Virus record (IMG/VR): IMGVR_UViG_3300035698_010466
Coordinates: 26,936 to 90,935 of that record
DNA length: 64,000 nt
Direction: 5' to 3' (one strand)
Source: a virus
In this document: positions 37,497 through 48,770 of the stretch, piece after piece
Position numbering within the stretch: the stretch's first letter is position 1
How the letters are laid out: each line of letters opens with the position of its first letter
The notes under the pieces: model-generated
What the model was told of the DNA's origin: nothing
Databases searched by the model: none
Seen by the model: only the letters and a program-made list of their open reading frames with translations
Program-made: the position numbers and the translations under genes

Positions 37497-38168
37497 ATGA
37501 AAAATCTTAAATCATTTCCTGACTTTATTAATGAGTCTAAAAAGGTACAATCTACGAAAGTAGAATACAAAGGTAAAACTTATTATGTTGATGATTCTGA
37601 TCCGAATGATACTAAATATTTTGCATTTGAAGATCCTGAGTTAACTAAAAATGCTAAAACAAGTAAAGGGACTTTAATGTTTAAAAAGAAAGACATTGAA
37701 GAATTTCTTAAAGAAGGCACATGGGCTTTCGATAAAAAAGTAATTAAATCATTTATTGATGAACTTGAAAATTTAGAAGTTCCCCATGACATCAATGATT
37801 CTATGTATGATGAATACTTTAATAAAGTTGGAGATGATGAATTATTTGATTATTTAGATACAGCAAAAGAAGGCGGAGCTAATTGGAAAAAACAAGTTAA
37901 GTTAGCAATTAAAAGATTAAAAGAATTACAGAATATTAAAGAAGACAACGAAAGTGAACTTGGGATGGGAATTAAAACTGAAGCAGAACATTCTAATATT
38001 TATGATGAATTGGAAGAATTTGTAGAAGAATTAAATATGCAAGATGATATAGGCGGCGAAATTATGTTGCCGTGGACAAAAGAAGAATTTTATCAAAAAA
38101 TAGCAGAAGCTCATATTAAAGAAATTCCAGATTATTATACACGACTACACAAAATGGAAAACGAATAA
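37497..38168 (+). CDS. probable internal head protein (capsid-targeting-like N-terminus, DUF5661-like C-terminus)
   Basis: MKNLKSFPDFINE; GMGIKTEAEH...IAEAHIKEIPDYYTRL. Confidence 0.7.
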   Translation: MKNLKSFPDFINESKKVQSTKVEYKGKTYYVDDSDPNDTKYFAFEDPELTKNAKTSKGTLMFKKKDIEEFLKEGTWAFDKKVIKSFIDELENLEVPHDINDSMYDEYFNKVGDDELFDYLDTAKEGGANWKKQVKLAIKRLKELQNIKEDNESELGMGIKTEAEHSNIYDELEEFVEELNMQDDIGGEIMLPWTKEEFYQKIAEAHIKEIPDYYTRLHKMENE

Positions 38169-38190
38169 CTAAAACTTCATATTAATTTTT

Positions 38191-38222
38191 AAACCGATTT
38201 ATTGTAAAATAAGTCGGTTTTT
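38191..38222 (+). terminator. intrinsic terminator
   Basis: AAACCGATTTATT/AATAAGTCGGTTT stem plus Ts. Confidence 0.7.
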
Positions 38223-38277
38223 GCTTTCAATTATATCCTACTTATATTATTATTAAAATATAAACAAAATTAAATTT

Positions 38278-38598
38278 ATGGGAGAGATTTATTCAAATGA
38301 AAATTCAGGTAAAGCTGAACCTACAACAAAGTCTTTAACAGTATTAGACTCTTATGGAGTTAATATTTCAAAATTAGCACAGGAAAAGAAATTAGATCCT
38401 GTATTTGGAAGGGATGAGGAGATATTACAAATAATTCAAATTCTTGGTAGACGTAAAAAGAATAATCCAGTATTAGTAGGTGAACCTGGTGTAGGTAAAT
38501 GTGTTACTGGAAAAGCGGAAATTCAAATCAGAAACAAAGAAACTGGTGAAGTTGAAATTATAAATATTCACGAATTTATTAAAAAAATTAATTTGTGA
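38278..38598 (+). CDS. clpC: ClpC/ClpB-type ATPase N-part fused to a 32-aa split intein N-fragment
   Basis: [28 protein letters not shown]|[12 protein letters not shown]... Confidence 0.9.
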   Translation: MGEIYSNENSGKAEPTTKSLTVLDSYGVNISKLAQEKKLDPVFGRDEEILQIIQILGRRKKNNPVLVGEPGVGKCVTGKAEIQIRNKETGEVEIINIHEFIKKINL

Positions 38599-38656
38599 TT
38601 TCCCCACACCAGCTTCCATTAATAGTTACTTTCTTTAATATATAAAATAAAAGGTT

Positions 38657-39770
38657 ATGGTTATAACTAGACGAAAGGGAAAGGAACAAACGAAAATTAG
38701 TATTGAAAGTAGAAAAGACCTATTATCATATATTAATACTTATTTTAAACTTAAATATCCATGGGTTGGTTTTAGAAATGAAATTCTATTTTATATTGAT
38801 AATTTTATAAAAAGCGATATTGAGATATCTCATAAAAAATTTTATATTAATTATTTTAATAATTTTAAAGGTGATCATATGTCCAGTTATCAAATTGGTT
38901 TTTGGACTGACCGTGGGTATACTATTAATAATGCAAAGGAATTAATTAAAAAAGAACAATCAAAAAATGGATTAAAGTTTTCTAAAAAAATAAAAGAAAA
39001 TCCTAAAAAGTATAATTCTAGAACCTCAACACAATTAGGATATTGGTTAAAAAAAGGTTATTCAAATGAAGAAGCAAAAGAAAATGTTAAAAAAAGACAA
39101 ATTACATTTAGTTTAGAAATATGTATTAAAAAATACGGTAAAGAAAAAGGTACTGAAATTTTTAATGAAAGACAAAGAAAGTGGTTAGAAAGTAGAAAAA
39201 CTTCCTTTAAAGGAAACTTATGGTTATAATTGGATTGACGAGCATGTAAAGATATTAGAATTATCAAATAATACCACAATAAAATATATTGAAAGTATAA
39301 AGAAATTATCAAATGCTTATAAGAAAAATAATATAAAAGAATTTATAGAAAATCTTTCATTTGACGAGGTTTTATATTTTAACAAAAATAAAAGATTTTG
39401 TAATTTTTTAAAATTAAGACCAATAAGCATTTGGTGTTCAAAGAATGGAATTAAATTAAAAAGAAATAAATACGGAAATCAATATTGGTTTAAGGATTAT
39501 TACTTAAAATCAAATGGAGAATTTAAAATTGCTAGATTTTTGGATAAAACTAATATTAAGTTTTTATCTAATAAATGTTATCCTAAAAGTAGAATGTGTT
39601 ATGATTTTTATTTAATTGATTATGATATTTTTATAGAATTAACTGGAATGGGAGAGGATAATTATTTTAAAAAAAGAAACATATTAAAAACTACTAACTA
39701 TAAAATTTTATGGGTTAATAATTTAAATGAATTAAAAAATTTTATCAATGAAGAAAATTATAAAAACTGA
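38657..39770 (+). mobile_element. free-standing putative homing endonuclease inside fractured clpC (frameshifted)
   Basis: W..KGY...EAK repeats; C-terminal YDFYL..YDIFIELTG nuclease-like motif; ORF broken at an A-run near 39200. Confidence 0.65.
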
Positions 39771-41880
39771 TAATGTATCAAACTATGAAATATTAACTGA
39801 TACTGGATGGTCTGATATTAAAAATGTACATACTACAATTGAATATGAGATTTATATTATAAAGACACATAATAGTCTTTTTTTAGAATGTGCTGATAAC
39901 CATATTTTATTTAATAGTAAGATGGATGAAGTATTTGTACAAAATCTTAAAATCGGTGATATTATTCAAACTATAGATGGAAAAAGTTCTATCGTCTCTA
40001 TTTTTAAGACAGGTGAATTTGAAGAAATGTATGATTTAGAATTAGATGATTTAAATCATAGATACTTCACAAATGGCATATTATCACATAATACTGCAGT
40101 GATACACGGATTAGCCGTTAAAATTATTGAAGGCAATGTTCCAGCAGTATTACAAAACAAATTAATTTATACATTAGAATTAAGTACTCTTATAATTGGT
40201 ACTAAATATCGTGGCGAATTTGAAGAAAGAATGAATGGCATTATAGATGAGCTAAAAGAAAATCCTAATGTAATTATTTTCATTGATGAATTACATACTT
40301 TAGTTGGAGCCGGTGGAGCTGCTGGATCAATGGATGCTGCTAATATAATTAAGCCTGCTCTTTCGCGTGGAGAAATTCGTTGTATAGGAGCAACTACATT
40401 TGATGAATATAGAACTGTCATAGAAAAAGATGGAGCTTTAGATAGGAGATTTCAAAAGGTTGTAATTAATCAACCATCATTAGATGATACCGTTAAAATA
40501 TGCACAAGTCTTAAATCATATTATGAAGATTTTCATAGTGTAACATATTCTGATGAAATTATTGAACTTATTGTAAGGTTAGCTGATCGTTATATAACAA
40601 ATAGATTTTTTCCTGACAAAGCAATTGATATTATTGATGAGGTTGGCTCTTATAAACATTTAGTATTTGATAAGCCCCCAAAGAAACTTTCAACATTAAA
40701 AACTAAGTTACGTAAAGCTGATGTTTTAAAAATAAATGCAGCCGACTCTCAAGATTTTGAAACAGCCGCAACACAAAGAGATATTTGTATAAATCTTAAA
40801 CAAAAAATTCAAGTAGAATATGATATATGGAAATCTAATATTTTTAAAAATAAATTAGAAGTTACTGAAGATGATATTTTAAAACTAGTTTCAAAATCTT
40901 CAGGTATTCCTATCGAAAAAATTAGTGATAAAACAAATAAAATTTTATTAAGTCTTAATGATCATTTATCTTCAAAAATAATTGGCCAGGATGAGGCTAT
41001 TGATAAAATATCTTTGGCAATCCAACGCAATAGAGTTGGAATCAGAAGAAAGAATAGAACCGTTGGAAATTTTATTTTTTTAGGCCCAACTGGCGTTGGC
41101 AAAAGCGCGCTAGCAAAAGTTATCGGAGATCATATGTTTAGTGATAGCGAAAATCTGATACGTGTTGATATGAGTGAATACATGGAACGTCATTCAGTAT
41201 CAAAATTAATCGGAGCTCCTCCAGGATATGTTGGTTATGAAGAAGGTGGCATATTGACGGAACAGGTGAAAAGAAAACCTCGTTCTGTTATATTATTCGA
41301 TGAAATAGAAAAGGCTCATCCAGACATCTTTAATGTATTGTTACAAGTATTAGATGATGGTCAACTTACAGATTCATTAGGACGTACAATTGATTTTAGA
41401 AATTGCTTAATAATTCTTACATCAAATACAGGAGCAGTAACAGTTAAAGATTTTGGTAAAGGCGTTGGCTTTAGTATTGGCAATCCTGAATTAGAAAGAG
41501 CAGAAAAAGAAAGATCACTTTATATGAAATCTTTGAGTAAGAAATTTCCACCAGAGTTTTTAAATAGAATTGATGATATCGTGGTATTTAATAAATTGAA
41601 TAAAGATCATGTTATGAAAATTCTTGATATTGAATGTAAAGAATTGGCAAAAAATCTTTTGGAAATTGGTGATTATAAACTTAAAGTTTCTAAAACTGCT
41701 AAGGAATTAATTCTAAATGAAGGATATGATGAAGCTTACGGTGCGAGACCATTAAAAAGAACTTTAGAAAGAATGGTTGAAAATCTAATCGCAGAGTACA
41801 TATTACATGGAAAATTTGAGAAAGGCGATACAATTAAAATAGGTGCTGCTAATGGATTAATTAAAGCAGATAAAGGATAA
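39748..41880 (+). CDS. clpC: split intein C-fragment (115 aa) fused to the remainder of ClpC
   Basis: ILTDTGW...ECADNH...MYDLEL...NGILSHN|TAVIHGLA; FIDELH, GPTGVGKS, DMSEY, GARPL. Confidence 0.92.
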   Translation: MKKIIKTDNVSNYEILTDTGWSDIKNVHTTIEYEIYIIKTHNSLFLECADNHILFNSKMDEVFVQNLKIGDIIQTIDGKSSIVSIFKTGEFEEMYDLELDDLNHRYFTNGILSHNTAVIHGLAVKIIEGNVPAVLQNKLIYTLELSTLIIGTKYRGEFEERMNGIIDELKENPNVIIFIDELHTLVGAGGAAGSMDAANIIKPALSRGEIRCIGATTFDEYRTVIEKDGALDRRFQKVVINQPSLDDTVKICTSLKSYYEDFHSVTYSDEIIELIVRLADRYITNRFFPDKAIDIIDEVGSYKHLVFDKPPKKLSTLKTKLRKADVLKINAADSQDFETAATQRDICINLKQKIQVEYDIWKSNIFKNKLEVTEDDILKLVSKSSGIPIEKISDKTNKILLSLNDHLSSKIIGQDEAIDKISLAIQRNRVGIRRKNRTVGNFIFLGPTGVGKSALAKVIGDHMFSDSENLIRVDMSEYMERHSVSKLIGAPPGYVGYEEGGILTEQVKRKPRSVILFDEIEKAHPDIFNVLLQVLDDGQLTDSLGRTIDFRNCLIILTSNTGAVTVKDFGKGVGFSIGNPELERAEKERSLYMKSLSKKFPPEFLNRIDDIVVFNKLNKDHVMKILDIECKELAKNLLEIGDYKLKVSKTAKELILNEGYDEAYGARPLKRTLERMVENLIAEYILHGKFEKGDTIKIGAANGLIKADKG

Positions 41881-41920
41881 ACTATTTTAAAAAATTACAT
41901 ATAAAAATAAATAAGAGTTT

Positions 41921-42751
41921 ATGGAATTAGCATTAACATATGATGACATTCAAATAGTACCTACATATTCTGAAATTGAAAGTCGTTCAGAATGTTTATT
42001 AGGTACAAGATTTACGAAAAATCATTATTTAGCAAAGCCGTATGTATCTGCTCCTATGGACACAGTTACTGAATTGCACATGGCAATAAGAATGATGGAA
42101 CTAGGTGGAGTTGGATGTTTACATCGATTTATGCATCCTGATAAACAAGCACATTATATTAAAGAATTAATAAAACATTCACGACATAAAGGATATGCCA
42201 CACCTATATGTGGAACAATTGGCGTTAAATTCTATCATCAAAATGTTAAAACTTTAATTGATGCAGGTGCGAATGTAATTTTAATTGATGTAGCTAATGG
42301 AAATACATTAACGACGAAAAACATCATTACATGGATTAAAGAAACTTATCCTAAAGTAGATGTTATAGCCGGTAATATTGCAACAGCAGAAGGTGCAAAG
42401 AATTTATGTGAATGGGGAGCAGATGCTCTTCGAACCGGCATTGGAAATGGGTGTTTTACACCTAATATGGAAGTAAAAACTGAAAATGGGTTTATAAAAA
42501 TAAAAGATATTAAAATAGGAGATTTCGTGTATACACATACTGGGGAATTAAAACCTGTATATAATAAATTTAAGTATGATGATCATAATGAAATTTTTAA
42601 TATTAATGGTATAGAGTCAACATCAGATCATAAATTTTATGTAATTCATAAAAGTAAAGCAGATTTAGTAACTGATGAAAATTTTCATGAATATGCTGAA
42701 TGGGTGTCGGCAAATAAATTAACAAAAGACTATTTATTAATAGAATTATAA
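41921..42751 (+). CDS. IMPDH/GMP reductase N-part fused to split intein N-fragment (99 aa from 42452)
   Basis: LTYDD, SAPMDTV, GNIAT, GIGNG|CFTPNMEVKT...STSDHKF. Confidence 0.9.
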   Translation: MELALTYDDIQIVPTYSEIESRSECLLGTRFTKNHYLAKPYVSAPMDTVTELHMAIRMMELGGVGCLHRFMHPDKQAHYIKELIKHSRHKGYATPICGTIGVKFYHQNVKTLIDAGANVILIDVANGNTLTTKNIITWIKETYPKVDVIAGNIATAEGAKNLCEWGADALRTGIGNGCFTPNMEVKTENGFIKIKDIKIGDFVYTHTGELKPVYNKFKYDDHNEIFNINGIESTSDHKFYVIHKSKADLVTDENFHEYAEWVSANKLTKDYLLIEL

Positions 42752-42786
42752 TAAGTGCATTAATATATATTATATAGAGATAGGCA

Positions 42787-43695
42787 TTGCCTCTTTTTGA
42801 AAAAAAGTATATTATGATAAACGAAATTTATATAAATAATAATCTAGTTAAAACAGAATTACCTAAGTCTCAGTTTAACCATGGATATGTAATTAGGTGT
42901 ATTGAATGTGATCAATTAATTGATAGGCGTACATTTACTAATACAATTTTAAGTAAAAAGTATATATGTAAAAAGTGTGTATTAACTAATCATAATCCAA
43001 TGAAAAATAAAAATGTACATGATGTTTGGATTGAGAAATATGGTAAAAAAAATGCAGATAAAAAATGGGATAAAAAATGTAAAAATCAGTCTGATAAAAT
43101 GAAAGGTGATAAAAATTCTTTTTTTGGAAAAACTCATACTGATATTACAATTAAAAAAATAGCTGAGACTACTGAAAAAAACTGGAATGCATTAGATGAA
43201 GGCGCTAGAAATAAAATACGAAAACAAAGATCGGTATCAGCTAAAAAAGTACAAGCCGATCTATTAAAAAAAGATCCTATTGAATATAAAAGACTTAGAT
43301 CAAAAGCAGCTAATATATCTAATAGAAAACAATTACAGAATGCTAAAATGAATAAAATTGAAACTATTGTGTATAACTATTTAAAAAATGAATTAAATGT
43401 TAATGTAAAATTTTCAATAATATTAGCATCTTATCAATATGATTTTGGAATAAAAGATGAACGAGTATTAATTGAAGTTGATGGAGATTATTGGCACGGT
43501 AATCCTAAATTTTATAATTTAGATGGTAGTAATGGCAAACGTAAATTAAATAATCATCAAATTAAAAAAATTAAAAATGATGAAGAAAAAACTAATTGGG
43601 CTAAGAGTCGAGGATTTAAACTAGTTAGAATATGGGAATGTGATATCAATAATAATGCATTTAAAAAAATATTAAATAACGAATTAACTATATGA
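42787..43695 (+). mobile_element. free-standing NUMOD3 plus Vsr/DUF559-like endonuclease inside fractured IMPDH/GMPR
   Basis: NSFFGKTH; YDF...IEVDGDYWH...RIWE. Confidence 0.8.
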
Positions 43696-44309
43696 AATTA
43701 ACAGAAATTCATACCATAGAAAAATTATCATATAATGGCGATGTATATGATTTAGCAGTTGAAGATAATTTTACATATAATATTAACGGTATTGTTGTTC
43801 ATAATAGTCTTTGTGAAACCAGGATAAGAACAGGTATAGGTGTTCCTCAAGTTACTGCACTTCGTGACGTGATTAATGTTGCAAAAGAATATAATGTTCC
43901 TGTTATTGCTGATGGCGGTATACGATTAATTGGAGATGTTTCTAAAGCACTTGCATTAGGAGCAGACACCGTAATGTTAGGATCAATTTTAGCAGGCACT
44001 AAAGAATCTCCAGGTTCTATTTCTAAAGTAGGATCATGGCCTAATGAAAAATTATTTAAAAAATATCGAGGCTCTGCTTCGTTAGACATAAAGAAAGATA
44101 CACATCAAGATGAAAAAAATGTAGAAGGGAATTCAACAATGATTCCTTATAAAGGAAAAATCGCAAGATTATTCTCAGACATTAATGATGGTGTTCGTTC
44201 TGCAATGTCTTATGTTAATGCGACAACTTTAACAGAATTCAGAAGGAATTCAAAATTTGTTAGAATAACACAAAGCGGTATAATCGAAGCAAAACCACAT
44301 TTATTATGA
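43692..44309 (+). CDS. split intein C-fragment (38 aa) fused to IMPDH/GMP reductase C-part
   Basis: [17 protein letters not shown]|SLCETR, IADGGIR, KYRGSAS, EG. Confidence 0.92.
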   Translation: MKLTEIHTIEKLSYNGDVYDLAVEDNFTYNINGIVVHNSLCETRIRTGIGVPQVTALRDVINVAKEYNVPVIADGGIRLIGDVSKALALGADTVMLGSILAGTKESPGSISKVGSWPNEKLFKKYRGSASLDIKKDTHQDEKNVEGNSTMIPYKGKIARLFSDINDGVRSAMSYVNATTLTEFRRNSKFVRITQSGIIEAKPHLL

Positions 44310-44408
44310 AAAAATTTACGTTAGAAGATGTTGAAATGTTCTGTCGAGTTAATGGATATTACTTAGGTGAGTATTGGTTTCCGCATAGAGATAAAAATAA
44401 AAAGAAAG

Positions 44409-45656
44409 ATGAATAACTTAGATAAACAATACCTAGAATTATTGCAAGATATTCTAGAAAATGGTGTCAAAAAATCTAACAGAACTGGCGTTGATACGCT
44501 ATCGGTTTTTGGCAGAGTAATTAGGCATGATATGTCAGAAGGGTTTCCTATTCTAACCACAAAGAAGGTATTTTTTAAGCAAATCGTTACAGAACTTTTA
44601 TGGTTCTTGTGCGGAGAAACAAACATACAATCTTTAGTTAAAGATGGTAATAACATTTGGGTGGGCGACGCTTATAAATTTTATCAAAAAGAACGACCTA
44701 AATGGAAAGTTGGTATAATTGAAGCTTTACCTGAATTATCAAAGGAAGAGTTCATTGAAAAAATTAAAACTGATAATGAATTTGCTAAAAAGTGGGGAGA
44801 GATGGGACCGATATATGGTAAGCAATGGAGAAATTGGGAATCTATAAAAACTAAAATATTTACCGATGAGGATAAATTATATGAAAGTGTATCAGATGTA
44901 ACAACAATCGATCAAATACAAAATTTAATTGATAAATTAAAATCAAATCCAGACGATCGTAGAATGATGGTAAGTGCCTGGAACATAGCTGATATTTCTG
45001 CTATGAAGCTCCCACCGTGCCATTATGGATTCCAAATTTATACAAGGGAGTTGGCATTAGAGGAAAAAATAGCCTGGGTTATGAAAAATATAGAACTTCC
45101 TTTAGAGAACTTAGCCATAACAGAGGAAGCCTTCAAATTAAGTACACCGCAACGAGCTATTTCACTTATGTATAATGCTAGAAGTCAAGACTTGCCATTA
45201 GGAACTCCATTTAATATAAGTTCATATGCATTACTGTTAATAATTTTAGGAAAGCTAACAAATATGGTGCCTGATGAACTAATATCTATTATGGGCGATA
45301 CACATATTTATGAAAACCAAATAGAAGGTATTAAATAACAAATAGGGCGTAAGTATACTTCATATGAAAGGGAAGATCTTTACGCTAAAAGAGAAGGATT
45401 ATCTGAAATGGAACGATTTGAAATGAATCCTAATGCTTATGATGAAGATGTACACGAAGTTATGGATAAAGAAAATATTCCTAGATCTGATCGTGAACCT
45501 TTTGAATTACCAAAATTAGTATGTAAAGATGAGTATTGGTATCTAAAGGATCATGATATATCATTTTCAGATAAGATAAAAGAATTTAAGTCGGAATGGT
45601 TTAGATTAAAAAATTATCAATCTCATGCTAAAATTAAAATGCCATTAAATAATTAA
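44409..45656 (+). CDS. thyA: thymidylate synthase ThyA (in-frame TAA at 45336, probably a base error)
   Basis: RTGV, ELLWFL, GPIYGKQWR, LPPCH, RSQD..LGTPFN, DTHIYENQ; C-terminus ends YQSHAKIKMP. Confidence 0.9.
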
Positions 45657-45657
45657 T

Positions 45658-46464
45658 ATGAAATATCAAATACCAGTTTTAGGAATACCTATAGTGAATG
45701 GATATAAATGGATAGAAAGATTAATAAATTCTATAGATTTTCCAATAAAACATGTAATTATTATAGATAATAGTGGTGGAAAAGATAAAACTTTTGTAAA
45801 AAACTTAGATTTATTGGTTGAAAATGGTTCAAGTTTTGTTGAAAGTATGAAAGTTTGTCATTTACCATCAAATATTGGAGTAGCCGGAGCATGGAATCTT
45901 ATTATTAAGAGTTATTTAATGGAATCATCTTGGATTATTGCTAATCATGACATTGCATTTGCACCAGGATTACTTGAAGAAATATTTGAAACTGCGAAAG
46001 ATTCTGAAATTGGAATGATACACCCAAGTGGTGGTGATTTTAATTTAGGATCATATGATTTATTTATGATTAAAGATTGGGTAGTACAAAAAATTGGATT
46101 GTTCGATGAAAATTATTACCCAGCTTATGGTGAAGATGCAGATTATATTATGAGATTAAGAAATGATCCAGTTAAATCTAAAATAGGATTATCAAAAATA
46201 CATTTACATGGTGATGATACTGCAAAGCCTGGAACTGAGAATTATAAGAAGGAAGGCAGACAAACTGCAAAGGAAGGTGGTAAAGTTTTAAGTATGAGAT
46301 TGGATTGCATTAATGATATTAATTTTGAATACTCATTTAAAAAATGGGGAGAAGGTTGGAGATGGTGTAGCCCATATAAAACTCCAATGAATAATTCTGA
46401 ATTACCTTTATCATATACTACATATGATTTAAGTTTTGTTAGAATGAAGTATTTAGATTTTTAA
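45658..46464 (+). CDS. GT2-like glycosyltransferase
   Basis: IIDNS, NIGVAGAWN, NHDI, FDENYYPAYGEDADY. Confidence 0.8.
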   Translation: MKYQIPVLGIPIVNGYKWIERLINSIDFPIKHVIIIDNSGGKDKTFVKNLDLLVENGSSFVESMKVCHLPSNIGVAGAWNLIIKSYLMESSWIIANHDIAFAPGLLEEIFETAKDSEIGMIHPSGGDFNLGSYDLFMIKDWVVQKIGLFDENYYPAYGEDADYIMRLRNDPVKSKIGLSKIHLHGDDTAKPGTENYKKEGRQTAKEGGKVLSMRLDCINDINFEYSFKKWGEGWRWCSPYKTPMNNSELPLSYTTYDLSFVRMKYLDF

Positions 46465-46481
46465 AATAAATAAATAATAAT

Positions 46482-47063
46482 ATGAAAGTTTTATTTTTAG
46501 ATAACGATGGCGTTATATGTTTAGACAAAAATTGGGGAAGCAGATTCCAAAAACAAAAAGTTTTTTATAAAGGCAAAGATAGACCTCCAATGAATAAGGT
46601 TGATATCTCAGTTAGATTTGATGAATTTGATGAAAGAGCTATTAAAGTTCTTAATGAAATATTAAAAGAAACCGATGCAGAAATAGTAGTTAGTTCTGAT
46701 TGGAGAAGACATGCAACCTTAGATGAGTTAGGCGATTTTTATGAAGCCCAAGGTATGATTAAAAGACCTATAGGAATTACAGAATTTTTTCATTATACTA
46801 ATTGGATTAATGAAGGATTTATCTCTACTACCTTTCCATTTAGCCGCTATGATCAATTGGAACAAAAGAGATATTTTGAAATACTAAGATGGTTAAAGAA
46901 TAATCCAGACGTAACAAATTGGGTTGCAATTGATGATTTGAATATGGGACTTAGTGAAAATCCTGCATCAACTAGTTGGGGCTTAACAAATTTTGTTTTG
47001 ACTAACCCACTTGATGGAATAGGTTTAACAAAAAAAGAAGAAATATTAAAATTTTTAAAATGA
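46482..47063 (+). CDS. HAD-family (HAD_SAK_2-like) phosphatase
   Basis: FLDNDGV, VVSSDWR, WVAIDD. Confidence 0.8.
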   Translation: MKVLFLDNDGVICLDKNWGSRFQKQKVFYKGKDRPPMNKVDISVRFDEFDERAIKVLNEILKETDAEIVVSSDWRRHATLDELGDFYEAQGMIKRPIGITEFFHYTNWINEGFISTTFPFSRYDQLEQKRYFEILRWLKNNPDVTNWVAIDDLNMGLSENPASTSWGLTNFVLTNPLDGIGLTKKEEILKFLK

Positions 47064-47632
47064 AACTATTAAACAATATATGGCTGTGGCTTAAATGGGA
47101 TGCTAAATATCTTCATAGAGATATTTATGTAGGTATTAAAAATTTAATTTATTGGTTTCCTGTTATTTGGATGGATAGAAATTGGGATGAGAGTTATATT
47201 TTTGAAGTACTTGAACATAAAATAGCAGCACAGTCAAAATATATTAATGATCGTCGATATCATATGCGATCAGAAAGAGATGCTGAAATTATGATGACTT
47301 GTGTTAAATTATCAGCAAAAGTTAGAGAAGAATTTTATGCGATAGAATACTCTGAGTATCATGAAACTGATTTTTATTTTGTTCCATGTAAAGATATACC
47401 AGATCATTCTGAATTAAAGACTGATACGAAAAGTGAACATTTTGATGATTACTTTAAAAAATATCCATTAATTTATAAACGTGTTATAAATGGAGAAGGT
47501 ATATTTAATCTTAATGGAAGAGAAAATGACAAAGAAGTCATTGCATTAAACATGGCTCATATTAATCATAATAGAGCAAGGAAGATACTTTTTACAATGT
47601 TAGAAAGAAATATCGAACGTTGGTGGGATTAA
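47060..47632 (+). CDS. hypothetical phage protein
   Basis: ORF with W.DR.WD and terminal WWD. Confidence 0.75.
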   Translation: MKLLNNIWLWLKWDAKYLHRDIYVGIKNLIYWFPVIWMDRNWDESYIFEVLEHKIAAQSKYINDRRYHMRSERDAEIMMTCVKLSAKVREEFYAIEYSEYHETDFYFVPCKDIPDHSELKTDTKSEHFDDYFKKYPLIYKRVINGEGIFNLNGRENDKEVIALNMAHINHNRARKILFTMLERNIERWWD

Positions 47633-47656
47633 TGATTAAAAACTTTCAGTTCTTAC

Positions 47657-47687
47657 TAAAATTGATTATATTTATACTGTAATTAAA
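47657..47687 (+). promoter_or_regulatory. early-promoter motif (partial)
   Basis: TAAAATTGATTATATTTATACTGTAATT. Confidence 0.55.
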
Positions 47688-47695
47688 TACTTTTT

Positions 47696-47935
47696 ATGAA
47701 AAATGATTTTAAATTTATAAATAAAGATTCTTATAATAATTTTTATGAAGGTGTTAAAAAATATTCTACTAAATATATCTTAACTGATGCTAAAATTCTT
47801 GCTTTAATTGATCATACAAATCCAGAAGGTGATCGCTTATATGAAATGGCTGAAGCTTTTTTACATTTATTTAAAAATAGAGAAGAATTTGAAGTATGCC
47901 AAAAAATAATATCTAACTGGCCTAAACTAAAATAA
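47696..47935 (+). CDS. hypothetical protein
   Basis: ORF after a promoter motif. Confidence 0.65.
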   Translation: MKNDFKFINKDSYNNFYEGVKKYSTKYILTDAKILALIDHTNPEGDRLYEMAEAFLHLFKNREEFEVCQKIISNWPKLK

Positions 47936-47958
47936 CATTTACTTAAATTAATAAATAT

Positions 47959-48294
47959 ATGAATAAATTTACATTTACATCCGGTGACAAAAGAAGATTA
48001 ACTGCAATCGCAAATGAATTCGGATTAATCGAAGCAACAACAAAAGGTCAAAAAAAGAATGGAACAATTTCTTATGTTGATCCTATCACAGTATCAGTTT
48101 ATACATTATATGAGAGTGGTTATATCAGACGTGCTAATCATGGGGCAAGAGCTTCCGGTATATTTTATCAATTAAACCCGAAACATGAAAATGGTGATCA
48201 TGTTACAAGAGTAATGTTAAACCCATTGGAACAAATTGGACAACTTGTATCAAGTATAATTGCATGTAGAAAAACTAAATCAGTAAAACCATAA
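47959..48294 (+). CDS. hypothetical protein
   Basis: ORF. Confidence 0.7.
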   Translation: MNKFTFTSGDKRRLTAIANEFGLIEATTKGQKKNGTISYVDPITVSVYTLYESGYIRRANHGARASGIFYQLNPKHENGDHVTRVMLNPLEQIGQLVSSIIACRKTKSVKP

Positions 48295-48467
48295 GTTATG
48301 AAAATTAAATCTCATAAACATAAAGATAAACGTACTATCCGAAAATTTTTATGGCTACCAAAATACCACAGAGATGGTTATATACTATGGTTAGAATATG
48401 TTGAATTAAATCAAGTGTATCTTAATGGTAAAGATGGTCGAGGTTGGTATACATATACTGAATAATT

Positions 48468-48767
48468 ATGACAAAACAATATAAATATCAAATTAAAGAT
48501 TTGCGCCCACCTGCGTTTGCTACATTAGGTGGACAAAAATATCTTTTTCCTGGATGGATTCCAGTAGATGATAATATTACTTTTGATGATGTTGAACATA
48601 TAAATCCTTTACAACATCTTAAAAAAGAAAATTTCGAAGTGACCGGTTCTACGGGTAATAAATATATTGTAACTAAACATGGTGATACATTTAACTGTGA
48701 CTGTCCTGCTGGTAAATTTAGAGGAACATGTAAACACATTAAAAGTATTAAGGAAAAACACTTTTAG
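48468..48767 (+). CDS. SWIM zinc-finger protein
   Basis: Y.V...CDCP....RGTCKHI. Confidence 0.85.
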   Translation: MTKQYKYQIKDLRPPAFATLGGQKYLFPGWIPVDDNITFDDVEHINPLQHLKKENFEVTGSTGNKYIVTKHGDTFNCDCPAGKFRGTCKHIKSIKEKHF

Positions 48768-48770
48768 ATT

